The position numbers and the translations under genes were made by a program. Positions 48,395 through 61,051 of a stretch of DNA of 64,000 bases are shown one piece after another. Numbering within the stretch: the first letter of the stretch is position 1; each line of letters starts with the position of its first letter. Origin of the DNA: Azolla caroliniana. Its lineage: Eukaryota > Plantae > Polypodiophyta. The notes below the pieces were generated by a model. That model did no database searches, was not told where the DNA came from, and worked only from the letters and a program-made list of their open reading frames with translations. The stretch is from NCBI GenBank assembly GCA_043228905.1, contig JBHGNT010000020.1, positions 3,348,001 to 3,412,000 of the forward strand. The letters are read 5' to 3'.

Positions 48395-48779
48395 GTCTGC
48401 TTCGAGGTCGAGGAAAGATGGCGAGGTAGAGTGGTGATGAGAGTGAGAGCGAGAGAGAGAGAGTTCCGAACGTGGGGGTTCTCTGAGTGCAAGTTCGCGT
48501 TTGCTAAGCTTCCACCGCCTTGGTGCTTCTGTGCTTCTTGGCTCGCGAAATGAAAAGGTCTCCATGCGTTCTGCTTTTTCTCTGTGCGTCTTGGCGCCTT
48601 TTCCGAGCATGCGCACGTCGTGTACCAATTTAGTATTAAGTAACGTGGCGGCTCTTAAATGCCCACTACGTACCTTTTCGCTCCTTGCTTTCACGTCCGT
48701 TCATACCTCAATTTTTAATGATTTCTCTTTTTTTTTTCTTTTTTTTTTTTTTCTTTTTTTTTAATGACGGTATGTGATC

Positions 48780-51700
48780 TTACACATCCGTAGGTCCCTT
48801 CGGACCCTTACCGTTTTCCTTACGGGTTGCCGTGTCTTCCTTCGCCTCTGCTACGGGTTCCCCGTCGTCTTTTTCTTCCATCCGTACCGTTCCCGATATA
48901 GTGCCGGTGGGCTGCATAAACGGGTTACTTGGCATCGGTCCTTTATAGGGCTTTAGTCTAAATCCGTTGACCCACTTGCCTAGCACTTCACCGGCAAGTG
49001 TCCCTAACTGATAGGACCCATTGTATTCCCGTGTCAGCCAATACGGGCCTGTCCATCTAAACCGGAGTTTACCCGGCATCTTGCCCATCCTCGTTTGGAA
49101 TACTAGCACCGGCTTTCCGATTTCGAACATCTTCTCATTACCTTTCCGGTGACGGTCAACGAACGCTTTCCGTCGTCGTTGCTCCAGTTCCATGTGTAGG
49201 ATGCTGGCAAGCCGTTGCTCCTCCAGTTCGCATAGTGCTGCTAGCCGCATTTCCTCCGACTCCTTTTCATTCAGTCGTTCCCGTAGTTGGATCCGTAAGC
49301 TTGGTACCTGAAATTCCACCGGCATGACCGCCTCTAAGCCGAACGCTAACCGGAACGGCGTTGTCCGGATACTTGTTTTGTATGCCGTTCGGTACGCCCA
49401 TAGCGCGCTATGGAGCTTTGTATCCCAGTCCGTCCGGTTTTCATTGACGATTTTGCGGAGAATGTTCTGGAGCGTTTTGTTGGTTGACTCTGCTAACCCG
49501 TTTGCTTGTGGGTAGTACGGTGTGCTCCGTTTATGGACCACGGCATAGAACATTGTTAAGCTTTCAACTACCTGGCCGAGGAAGTGCCCTCCTTGGTCGC
49601 TGATTAATTCAATCGGACATCCATATCGGCACCAAATGTTTTCGTACAGGAATTTTGCTGTGGATGACGTGGTGTTGTCTCTCAAGGCCTTAGCCTCCAC
49701 CCATTTAGTGCAATAATCTGTTGCCACGATGACATAACGATTACCCGTTCTCATTGCCGGTGGCTTGAACGGTCCGACAAAATCCAACCCCCACTTCTGG
49801 AATGGCTCTAGTGGAAGTACCGGTTGGTGTGGCATCCGTGCTTGCTCCGTAGGCTGGCCCATTCGTTGGCATAGGTCACATTCCTTAGCATACTTGACGG
49901 CGTCTTTTAACGTCGTGGGCCACCATAAGCCGCTCTGCCATACTTTCCTTGTCGTCGCTTCCCCGGCATAGTGTCCTCCGGAAACCCCACAGTGTGCTTC
50001 CCGTAAGATTACTTGTTTCTCGTCACTACGGACTGCCCGTCTCCATATTCCATCTGCTCCCTTGTGGTAGAGAGTGTCCTGTAACAGACAGAAATTGCGG
50101 CTCTGTACCGCCAGTCGTTTCCTCTCGTCCCGGTTCATTTCCTCCGGTGGCAGGCCCGTGCTTAGGAACTGGTGCATGTTTGTCAGCCACCTATCTTCTG
50201 ATGCCACCGTGTCGTCCGCTGCCGTTTCCGGGGTGATACGGAATAACTCTGCGTCCGGGAATTCATCCGATACTCCGACGCCTGATTCTCCGGACTCTAA
50301 CCGGCTCAGGTAGTCTGCTACGGCATGCTGGATACCAGGCCGGTGGAAGATCTCGAATTCGAACTCCTGCAACAGCAAGGTCCAACGGGCCAACTTACCG
50401 GTCAGGGACGCCTTGGACACTAAGTACAGGAGCGCCGAGTGATCCACATGAAAGGAGAACTTCCTTCCCAATAGGTAATGACGAAACTTTGTTACACTGT
50501 AGATCATGCCCAGGGCCTCCCGTTCCGTCGTCGAATAGTTCTTCTCCGCTTGGGACAGCTTCCAGCTGGCGTAATATACCAGCCGGTACCATTTAGGCTC
50601 CGTAAGTTGCATTAAGGCGCTGCCGATAGCGATGTCGGAAGCGTCAACGAACACATGAAATTCCTTGCTCCAATCCGGAGGCTGCACGACGGGTGCTTGC
50701 GACAAAAGTACCTTCAGGGCATTGTATGCCTTATCCTCCGTATCCGTCCATTGGAACGGTGTCCGATGTACCGCGGGTGTGTAATGGTGTAGCCAAGTCA
50801 GCCAAGTGACGGAGCATCCGGCTGTGCCACCGGATTTGTCCTAAGAATCGGCTTAGTGCTTTGGCCGTTTTCGGCGCCGGTGCCCCTAGTATCGCGTTTA
50901 CTTTGTCCGGGTCGACCGCAATGCCCTCCTTACTTACAATGTGTCCTAGTAATATTCCACTTGAAACCCCAAAGATGCATTTTGCTGGGTTTAAGCTTAG
51001 CCGGTATAACCTACACTTTTCAAGGCATAACCGTAGGTGCTGCAAATGGTCTTTTTCCCGGCTATAGACTGCAAAGTCATCCAGGAAAACCTGCATGAAG
51101 GCTGGAATGTATTCGCCGAAGATCTCCATGATGATTCGCTGGAAAGTTGCTGGTGCCGTTTTTAGTCCGAACATCATTACTACGGCCACAAACACTCCCC
51201 ATTCGGTTACGAACGCTGTCTTCTCCTGGTCGTCAGGGTGCATCCGGATTTGATTGTATCCGCTGAACCCGTCTAAAAAGCTATAAACTTCATGGCCGGC
51301 GACGGCATCCAGTACTCCATCCGTGAACGGAAGAGGGAATGCATCCGTAATTGTGGCTGCATTTAGTTTCCTGTAATCTACACACACGCGGATTTTACCG
51401 TTCTTCTTTGGGACGACGACGATGGGGCTCAGCCACGTCGCTTTCTTTACCGGCCGGATGAAGCCCACTCTTAGGAGTTTGTCGATTTCCTCCTTCACTT
51501 TGGCGGCGTAGTTGGGGTTCATTCGGTAACGTCTTTGCGCCACTGGTTTCGCGTCCTTGCCTAAGTGGATCTGATGCTGATATAATTGAGGGTCCAGCCC
51601 TCGCATGTCTTCGTATGACCAGGCGAATACATCGCGAAACTCCGTGAGAAGTTTGATCATCGCCGCTTTATCTTCCGGCTTCATTTCTTTCGCGATGTGT

Positions 51701-54627
51701 ACCGGCTTTGATTCGTCCTTGCTTCCTAGGTTCACTTCGTCGAGCTGGGATGTTTTTACCCGTTGGGAAACGACCATTTCCCGTTCCAACGCTTCCTGTG
51801 CTTGCCGTAATTCCCGAATCGAATCTTTGTCTGGTTCGGCTTCGGTTTCGTCCCGCTGCGGCAAGTATGGCGCTACGGCTTCAGCCACGTCAATCTCGAA
51901 AAGTGGTACGATCTTCGGGTGTTCCTCCAAGTATTGGGCTTCTTCGTCGTCTGCCAACCCTTCAAGCATGTTCATGCATTCCGCATACAGCGGTGTGCAT
52001 TCCTTACCGTTGCTCGTCTGTGGTTGTGTCGGTACCCGGACCTTGGCTTTTCCGCGCCGGAAGGTAATCATATTTTTCCGCCAATTTTGCTTGATGTGTG
52101 CTGTTTTCAACCATGGTCTGCCCAACAACAGTGGGTACGCTCCTTGCGCCTGTAGCTGCAGCACTACAGCCGAGATGTAAAATGTGTGACCTCCTATGGT
52201 GACTTCCAATTTCCGTATTAAGCCCGTCGGCCGTACAGAGCTCGTATCCGCCATCCGTAGCCAGAACGGACATGGCTCCCATTCATGTATACCCAAGGCA
52301 TCACACGTGCGGAGGCTTATTACGTTCACCCCGGAACCTCCATCGATTACTGTGCCGGGAAGTTCGTGCCCTTTGACAATAGCTGTAATCACCGGACTAC
52401 TAGTGTCCACCACCGTCGGTCCCTCCTCCGGATTCGAGAAGAGGACTGGTGCCGGTGGGGCTATACCGTCTGTCATGACCGTTTTTAGTCCTTCCGTAAA
52501 TCGCGGCACGAGCTGCAAGAGTCTTCCTAATGGCAACGTGATCTGACATTCTTGCAGTGCTTGCCATGTCTCGTTTTCTGCGTGGCTACCGCCGGCACTC
52601 CCTATGGTATTCGCCGTTTGCCGTTCCGCGTCCGCGACGTTCCTTTCATTGGCTTCCTTCACCCATTCCGTCGCCTGTTTTCGTATGGCCTCTTGTGTTT
52701 CCCACTCTTTGGCCATGCCTTTCGACCGTGTGGTTACTTGCTGTAAATCCGCCACTTCCGGAACCACCATATTAACTGCTGGTCGTTTATCGTAGCTCTT
52801 TGCCGGGCACTGGTTACTGTAGTGGCCTTCCTGCCTGCAGTAGTAGCAGTACTCTTTACGGGTATTGCTGGATTCAGCATTGCTGGTAGCCGGAGTCGGT
52901 CCCGTAGTGAGTGGTGCGTTCTGTGCCGGTTGGCTCCTTGGGGTTCCATGTTCCGGGTCCCTAGGGTGACCACCTTTCTTGAAATTACGTTTCTTATTAT
53001 TCCTATTTTTATTTCGGTAGTCCTGTCGTGGTGGATCGTAAAATCGGCCGTAGTCCTCCTGGTGCCTTCGGTAACCAGGGGAATGGTCTCTGTCGTATTG
53101 CTCGTGTCGTCTGTTGGACTCCCGATAACGGTCCGATCGCTCATACCGGTCGTAGTTATCATGCCGATCCCCGTACCGGCCATCATTCTCTTGTCTGTCT
53201 CCGTACCGGACATCCTGTGCCGGTCGGTACCGGTTCATTCTTTGCCAACGATCTTCATCTTCGTCTCGGCTGCTTCTTGGCTCGATCCGTCGGACGGGTG
53301 GTGCTTGTCGGTTTAGCAGGTTATACTCGCACCGGTCCGTTGTATGACTCTTGGATTGACAAATCACACACTGGGTTCGCATGGTGCACTCCACTGCCGA
53401 GTGTCCGGCATTCAAGCAGATTGTGCATTGAATTGCCTGCCGGAACCGGAGATCTTCATCTGTGGGTAACGCCCGTTGCAGTACTCCCAGTGTAAGCCAT
53501 GAGCTTGACTTTTCCATTTCTCTGACCCGGTCAATGACCTGGTCAATGGTGCTTCCTCGAAAGTCGATCACCGTACACACCGTGCGTAACGGTTCCCGGA
53601 GTGCGTTTAAAAATATCGTCCGTAATTCCTCCTCCGGGGGTGCACGGGCAAGCTGGCTATGTATTCGTTGGAAACGGATGACGAATTGGGGAATGCTTTC
53701 CCCTGCCTCCTGTCGGATCGTATAAAACAGGCCCACCATCGTCATCTGGTCGACCTCCTTGTGGAAAAAATGCAAGAATTTTGCTTTTAATTCTGCAAAG
53801 GTTGTGATGGTTGCCGGGTCCTGCGTCCGCCGCCATCGTGCCGCTGGTCCTTCCAACGTGACCCCGAATTCCGCTATCTTCGAGCGTTCTTCTTCCTCCG
53901 GTGTCAATCGCTGGGACGCGTGATTTGCTTCCCATGTCTGCTCGAAGGCATGAACATGCGCTTCCGCGTCCGGATCATCGCGATACTTTGAGTATTGGAA
54001 CGGCATGTCGTCGTCCAGTATTAGGCCGCGGTTTAGTGGCGTTTGTTGATATCTTTCCGGTTTTCTCTCCAGTTCCACGTCCGGTTCTTTTGCCGGTGCT
54101 TTTTCCGGTTCCTTCACCGGCTCTTCTTCCGGTTCCTTCACCGGCTCTTTCGTTGGTGTCGGTGGCTTTGCTTCTTCCACTTCCGGTGTTGGTGGGTTGA
54201 CGGCTTCCGTTTGCGGTTCCGGATAGCCCTGGTCGAACGGTTCCGGTTCTGGAGTCGGCACGGTATCCGACCCGTCGTCCTCCGGGCCGCCGGGGGTATC
54301 GTTGCTGCTCCGGTAGTTCGTGTGCACGCTGTATCCCCCGTCGGAATCCGATTCGTAGGCTGAAAAGGCTTCTGCCTCGTTTTCTCCGCTTGCCAGCGCC
54401 TCGAGGAGGCGTTCGGTTTCCTGGAGACTACTTAGACCGCTTCCGTCGTCCTGGTCGCGAGTTTGCTGTAACCGAAGAGATTCCTCCGCGACTCTCCGGA
54501 TCTCGTTGGAGAACGAACGATCCGAGCGAATTTCGTGCGCTGCTTGCTGGAAAGTCTCACGCCGTCTTTGCCGTTCGGCGAGGCGTCGAGCTCGGTCTGT
54601 GACCAGGTCGTGCGTTGGTCTCGTCAT
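48780..54627 (-). pseudogene. gag-pol polyprotein with a 1-nt frameshift at about 50775
   Basis: Three CCHC-type knuckles, VIDGGSG, FLDD, FVDASD, integrase HHCC-DDE and WTGPY; one extra base relative to the paralog at about 63010. Confidence 0.93.
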
Positions 54628-54664
54628 CCATTAAGCCGTCGTTCGCTGCGAGAAAGCAGGAATC

Positions 54665-54674
54665 GTGGTCGCCA
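54665..54674 (-). promoter_or_regulatory. Minus-strand PBS (tRNA-Arg UCG type)
   Basis: TGGCGACCAC 6 nt after the 5' LTR; complementary to the recalled tRNA-Arg 3' end GTGGTCGCCA. Confidence 0.72.
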
Positions 54675-54680
54675 AAACTG

Positions 54681-55100
54681 TGTTGTTCTCTGACCGGACA
54701 AGGCCTAACACAAGGTGTCACGGAGACACTTCACCAAAGGGTGATTACGACATAGGATTATGACTCAACGATTACACCGACTTAAGTAGGTTACACGATT
54801 AGAGCGCTTTTGTTAATTACACGTGTAAGATATAACAGTGATTATAGAACGGAAATCAACACAGAAGTATAAACACCATACGCTCTATTAATTATCCGCT
54901 GCGATTACAATGGGGTCCGGGCCTTTAAATAGGTTTCCGGCCCGTAGTACAAAAACGGTGCCTATCGCACCTATTCGGGATCCGTCCGGATCTGGAACGG
55001 CATACCGTTTCCAGTCCGTCCGTCCATACTATGCTTATTTACAACCATACTTAATTAATTCCTTCACTCCGTATTTTGGACTCCTTGCCGGCCGGTAACA
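54681..55100 (-). repeat. 5' LTR (420 bp)
   Basis: TGTTG...TAACA; upstream of gag on the minus strand. Confidence 0.95.
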
Positions 55101-55106
55101 GTGCTT

Positions 55107-56578
55107 GAGAGTGCCATTGTTGACTACTTCTTGTTGCGTTAGGCGACCTCTACACTCCCTAAGGAGAATGCATATCCCGATGTTGATTGGTAGTCACCTA
55201 CATTTCCAGCCCAATCGGCATCTATGTAGCCAACTAGCTTTTCGGCTACACATGTCTGATACAACAACCCACGATCTTTAGTGTTGCTGACATATTGCAA
55301 TATCCTCTGCACACACTAAAGGCGATCTGACATCGGCTGTGAAATGAATTGACTAATCAAGCCAAACGAATAGTTTAGTGTTAGGAAACAGGTCCCTCTA
55401 GATGGGAAGTGAGAAGAACAGTCCGGATGAGCAAACTCGGTCGAGGCCGGAACCGGATGAAGAGTACCCAGCTACGGAAGACCCGGTGAGAACCGGATGA
55501 AGAGTACCCAACTACAGAAGACCCGGTGAGAACCAGATGAAGAGTACCTAGCTACGGAAGACCCGGTGAAAATCGGATGAGGAGTACCCGGCTAGAGCCG
55601 GATGGTGAAGGCTCGGTGAGGACTGCTCACCAGATGAAGGGACATATTCGTAAATATGTTTTTCTGAGAGTCCATCGGGACTATATTTGTAAATAGTCGA
55701 AAAGTCATATTAGTATAAATATGACTTAGGGCAAATTGATTATAAGTTGTTGTCATTCTTGTTGGTGTAAGATTAGAGCGCGTAACAGTGTACAGAGAGA
55801 GTGAGAGAGAGGAAGAGGTTGTTGCCTCTGTTGTAACCGCCGCCTGTGGCGAAGATAGCAAGCTCGAGGTCGTGGCCTCGGTGCTTTCTTATTGTACATT
55901 CTGATATAGTGATAGTTAGCGGTCTGTGGGCTGACGTGGTTTTTCCCGAGTTTGGGTTTTCCACGTAAACATCCTATGTACTCTTCTCTCCATTGTGTTG
56001 TGCTTTTCATTCCCTGTTTTTCTGTGTTTTTTATTCTAGGCTCGGTTGTGGCCGAGCGTTGTTCATCGGAGCGTGTAGTTCCTGTCATTTAGGTCCGGCC
56101 TGAAAACATTAACGTGCGGAAGCTAAATAGACACAACAAGCTCAACTAGACAGCAATAGGAGACATAGAGAACAATGGAAGAACACACCGAGAGTACATC
56201 GAGAGTGCCATTGCTGACTGCTTCTTGTTGCGCTAGGTGACTGTTGCACTCCCTAAGGAGAATGCATATCCCAATGTTGATTGGCGATCACCTACATTTC
56301 CAACCCAATCGGCATCTATGTAGCCGACTAGCTTTTCGGCTACACATGTCTGATACAACAACCCACGACCTTTAGTGCCGTTGACATATCGCAATATTCT
56401 CTGCACATACTAAAGGTGATATGATGTCGGATGTGACATGAATTGACTAATCAAGCTGAATGGATAGCTTAGGTCTGGCTTGTAAACGTTAGCTTGCGGA
56501 AGCTAAACAAACACAACCGGATCAATCAGACAACAACAGAAGACATAGAGAACAATGGAAGAACACACCGAGAGTACA
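55107..56578. repeat. Diverged tandem duplication of about 380 bp; copy 1 split by the solo LTR, copy 2 at 56201-56578
   Basis: Both copies start GAGAGTGCCATTG and end ACACCGAGAGTACA. Confidence 0.85.
55379..56087 (+). mobile_element. Solo LTR of the first copia family, with 40-bp tandem units (55451-55595)
   Basis: TGTTAGG...CTGTCA; perfect TSD TTTAG; homologous to 350-1142. Confidence 0.92.
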
Positions 56579-56904
56579 GAGTGCATGAGAGAGATAGAGA
56601 GATCAAAACACAAACACTCTATTTCAAAATTATCACTCTGTACATAAAGTGTGCTCAGAGAGCACTCTTATACAAGTCCTTAAAAGGACTGACAAGTACT
56701 TCAATGCTCATAACTAAGCTACTAACACTAACTCCCAAAATATGCCTATCTACTAGACTATGATCATAGGCCTCTAACGGCCTGCCGGCTCATGCGTGGA
56801 TCCGGCTTCCCGATCCGATCTAGGCCTAGCCGATCAGTCTTCACCCGATACGGCTCTCAGCTTATTCCGCTGATCCGGCCTACATTGAGCTTGCTTACTC
56901 AACA
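56481..56904 (-). mobile_element. Solo LTR of the second copia family inside copia RT
   Basis: TGTAAA...CTCAACA; homologous to 43400-43590 and 44220-44440; degenerate TSD TGGCT (CGGCC in the duplicate)/CGGAC; splits ITRP-DLSY. Confidence 0.75.
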
Positions 56905-57633
56905 CGGACGGGTAATCATTAGATATATGAGTCTTCTGACAATTTGCCGGAACTGTGTCGCATCGCAAGTCATCCTTGATCCATGGTGAAGCTTGACATT
57001 CTTGTCAAGAGGGGTCGAGATGGACTTACAATCCTTCATGCCAAACTTGAAGAGCATATTTAGGAAATAGTGTCGTTGGCTTATCAATATGACTTCCGGG
57101 GTGTGGATCACTTCGATCCCGAGGAAATAGTGAGCGTAAAAGGTTATGTACGTGAAAGCTTATTACAAACACATTCAACTTTCTCGGATAGCATCAATAG
57201 TTAGGTAAAACACAGAGAAATGGAAAATACAGTATGTGTGTTGTTATCGCCTGGCCGGACTAGCCTCAACACAGGTGTCTATCCGACACTTCTCCAAAGG
57301 GGTGGTAAGGATTGGATGCTAGGTTACACGCGTAAGATGATTACAATTAAGCACAGACGGTAAAACAATACAGAGATACAGATAAACACGCAATAATTCT
57401 ATTTGTATTACTTCCGTCCAAACGTTTACAAATCATCGGATCCTTTTATAGGCATCCGGCAAGGTTACAATCGGTGCGCTTAGGCAACCGGCATCCGAAT
57501 CGGTCCGGATCCGGATCGGTACAACTGTACCGGATCCGTCCCTCCGAATAATAATTCTACTATTATTTACTTCCTATTATCCGATCCGACTCTGCCTTCC
57601 CACTTGTCCTTGCTCTTCTGACCGGTCAACACA

Positions 57634-57649
57634 TGGCACGCCCGTGGGA
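57634..57649 (+). promoter_or_regulatory. Opposite-strand PBS-like motif (tRNA-Arg UCU 3' end) at the PPT position
   Basis: TGGCACGCCCGTGGGA 2 nt inside the 3' LTR, identical to 45690-45705. Confidence 0.8.
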
Positions 57650-57681
57650 AAGTGCCTTGCACTTCGAATCCACTCCCGGCC

Positions 57682-60603
57682 TCATTCTTCCTCCAAAATA
57701 TCGAGCACACTCTGCTCGATGGTGTCAAGTGGTGCTTCTTCCTCCAATTCCTGTTCCTTGCCTGCCTGGTCTCCAACCTCCGGTTGGGTTGGCTGTTCCG
57801 TAAAAATTTGTTGCTCCGGCTCTGCTTGATTCTGTGGTGTCGGTGCTTCCTCACCGCTCCGTCCGGGTTCTTCCTGTTCTCCCTCCATTCCCGGCTCTGT
57901 TCTGTTACCAGTCTCGCTTTCTCCGGTCTCGACTGGTCTGCTTGGTACGCCTTCTTCCTCTGCTCTGGTGTCTTCCGGTCTCAGCTCGTCTTCTTCTCCG
58001 CCATTGGTCTGCTCCTGCTCTTCTTGATTTCCTTCGAACGGAAGTTCTTCTTCGGGTATTCCTTGTCGGGGTTGTTCGGTGTCGGTTGGTTCAACTTCAG
58101 CCGGTCGCTCTCCCTCACTTATAGTGATTGACGTCGTTCTTCCCTTGGCTTCCTGTCGTAACCGGTCCTGCTCGTATTTCTCCAACTCCAACTGAGTTGC
58201 GAGCTGCCCGTCATCCAACCTCTCTACCAACCCTCGGATTTCTTTGAGATGTTCTTCCGCTAAAGCGTAGAAATCCTCCGACAATTCTTCCCGAATGGCG
58301 ACGATACTTTCTTCATCCATCTTGTAGAACTTGTCACCGGTCTTCCTCCGATTCTCGGCATCAGCTCGGAGTGTCTGCAGCTCGGTTGCCTGTTGTGACC
58401 ACTCCTTCCATAGCTTTTCCGTACTTTCGTTGATGCTTGTCTGAGCTTGGGTACTCCAACTTGACATGATGAGCTTGATCCGGTCAACCCCCGCCTTAGC
58501 ATGCGCATAAGCTTCTTGCTTTTCCTTCCTTGCCCGTTTTATAATGTCGGCCATTATCTGAGCCTGGGCCTCGTAATCCGCTTTCTGCTTTTCATAGGTA
58601 CTTTGCAGTTTGTTGATCGTGAAGGTCGATCTTTCCTTTTCTTCATTCCTGATCTTGGTCAGATCCAGCTTTTCCCGCCTTAGCGCCTCTAATTCCTTCC
58701 TTCTCTCCGTCGCTTGGGTTATTTCCACCAACAATGCTTCCTTTTTGGCACTGACCTCATCCATTGCCTTAGCCAGATCTAATCGGGTCTCTTTGAGCTG
58801 TTCTTTCAGCTTCTCTATTTGCCGGTCGTAGTCTGCTGCCCGTTTCTTGTTGTCCGACTCGGCCTGCTTGTGATCTCGGTAGAGACGGTCGAAGTCCTCC
58901 GTCTTCTGCTTCAGGCGTCGGTTTGCCTGAGCTCTTAACCGGTCATCCCGGTTCTTCTGTTGTCGGAGTTCTTCCTGCAGTCGTTCTATCTCCTGCTCGG
59001 CATGTCGACGCAGTCGGTCCTTCTCCTTTTGCAGCTTCTCATTTTCTTCTTGCAGTCGGTCATTAGTGGCTCGGCCTTTCCGGAGGCCTTCTTCCATTTT
59101 CCGTCTGTCGTCCTCCACCGCTTTCCGCTGCTCCCTATCGTTTTCCCTTAATGCCTCCTGAGCTTTTAACTCCTCTCGTAAGGTTTCTATTATTTTTTCG
59201 GTCTCAGGGCCGGTTTGCAAGGCTACCGGTTCCGGTTCCGATTCTGGTTGCTTCCTTGTTGTCCCGACCGGCTCGGTGACAACTTGTGCTTGTTGAATTC
59301 CTTCCCTTGCCTGCAACAGCTCCCCTTGCAATTCCTCGATCTGTGTTCGGAACGCGACCAACTCCTGGGTTGTTGTATGCGTCAGATGTTGCCTACACGT
59401 TTCTTCTTCCTCTAACTGGTCCACTACTCCCGATAACTGCTCCGAAAGCCATCTCAGCCATTGTGGCTTTGTGCTTCCTGTGTCGGGGTAGCCTTGCTCA
59501 CTTCTACTCCTTAACTCAGGCTATTTTTCCGGCCTTTTCTTTGGCTCCGGCGCTTGTTCATTCCTCTTCTCTGGGATGACCGGTTCTCTGAAGTCCGGCA
59601 AAACCGGTGTCGGTGCTGCTTCCCTCGGTATGGGTTCCGGTACTGCTTCCGCCTCGGCTACTGGAGGTGGTCCTTGCGCCCTCTGCTGAGTTTTGTCAAC
59701 TGGTGGAGCCGGTCCTTTCGCCCGTCTCTCCCGACCTTGTCTTGTTGGGAGTCTTACCAGTGGTTCGGATGAGTCTTCTGTTTCAGCTTCCTCCTCCGGT
59801 GCGGCTACCAGACGGACCTTTTGTATAAAGACCTCTGGTTCCGGTTCCGGCCGTCGCAGCGTTATATTGATTGGTTTGAGCGCTACCGGTTCCTCCTCGG
59901 CCGATTTCCCTTTGCCTTTTCCTGCCAGTTTTGCCTTTGTTGCCGATTCCTGTTGCTGTCGGGATGGTCCTTCCCCCCGTTGTTCTGCTTCTTCCTGGGT
60001 CCATCCGGGGGTGTGTTTCTCCAGGATATGTCGGCGCTTTGTGACCTTTTTCGGCGTCGTCTCCTGCCGACCTCTTTTCTTTTGTTTGATGGGGAGCACC
60101 GGTGGGACTAACACCGTTAGCCATTGTGCTATCCCGGCCCATGGCTTTTTTCCTTCCACAAGGTTCTTGATGGCCTCCTTCAATCCTTCGGTTATGAAAT
60201 GGAGCCAGTCCACTTGTAATCCTTCGTACGCTGCAATTCAGAACGCTGCCTGGTACCTCGCTATGGCCGGGGGACAAGGATTCATGAATCCGTATTCCAT
60301 CATGGCACGGGCCACTTCTCCGAACAGCAGGTTCTCTCCGCCCTGTGTTCGGTACGCCTTGCTGCTGATAGAATACTCACCGAAATATTCGAACAGGATT
60401 TCACTTGAAGGGTTTTCGATTGTTTGAAGTCCTCCTGCTTTTATCCCCGTGAGCGCCTGCACCGCTCCTTCCGTGATTTCTGATAAATCAATCGATGCTG
60501 CCGCCTGCTCTGGTTCTGCGTGTGGTGGAGCGTCGGCGATCCGCATCAATCCTTTTAACCCGTTCTCCCTCATCCATTGGCGTGCCTCCTCCGACAGTGC
60601 CAT
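57682..60603 (-). pseudogene. Extra ORF3 (about 973 aa) with two in-frame stops (60238, 59521)
   Basis: ORFs 60238-60867, 59521-60213 and 57682-59424 share one frame; shared LTG, YFGEYS..YRTQGG, VDW and WLRW motifs and coiled coil. Confidence 0.85.
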
Positions 60604-61051
60604 TGGTTCGACTTCTTCTTCTGCTGTCTGTTGTTCGGGATCGGGCTGTGTGTGCGCTGTGCGTCGGATCGCTCTTCTGTGCTTCTGCGCCTGCGTGTAG
60701 GAAAATTCGTAAAAAGTAAGTCCTTCGCAGGCCTGTGTCTTATATAGTGGCTTTTGCCTCGAGCCGCCCTTTTTCGTTTCCCGCGCATGTTCATCTCCCG
60801 CCATAATTAGTATGTCCTTTCTTGCTTGCCGCGTGTGAGTGCCCACGTTCCATGCTTTAAATAGCAAGTACGCGCACGTCCTTCTTTACTGCATGGCGCC
60901 TCTTCGTTGCATGGTGGCGCTCCCACCTCTTGTGATCTCCCCATCACTACTATGATTTTTTATTTTTTATTTTTTTCTGTTTGTTTGGACCACGTCATTT
61001 TCTGGTCCCCCCCGATTTGTTCAGGTTGGTTCGTGCTGATACTGGATCCTT

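Larger units (their letters stand above)
45269..55100 (-). mobile_element. Full-length Athila-like Ty3/gypsy with a large extra 3' ORF and no terminal PPT
   Basis: LTRs at 45269-45687 and 54681-55100 (4 substitutions and 1 indel by eye); TSD GTGCT; RT DAFPLPF..SFLDGFSGYNQI; single RNase H; no chromodomain. Confidence 0.95.
43330..57135 (-). mobile_element. Second Ty1/copia family, decayed: 3' LTR (about 43330-44448), RNase H (44522-45268) and RT end (55106-57135); host to four or five insertions
   Basis: STEDEYR, KHIEVHSHFVCE, LADVFTNPL and LIYLMITRP-DLSY; minus-strand PPT GAGGGGAAG at about 44449-44458; left edge approximate. Confidence 0.82.

Noticed and set aside
50731-50790. Programmed frameshift between ORFs 50731-54627 and 48780-50705
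   Set aside because: Falls between RT and RNase H, and the paralog is continuous there, so it is a 1-nt insertion or sequencing error
45269-55100. Element oriented on the plus strand with antisense gag-pol, using 45690 as its real PBS
   Set aside because: LTR TATA/U5 polarity, all ORFs and a second PBS are on the minus strand, and no plus-strand PPT precedes the right LTR
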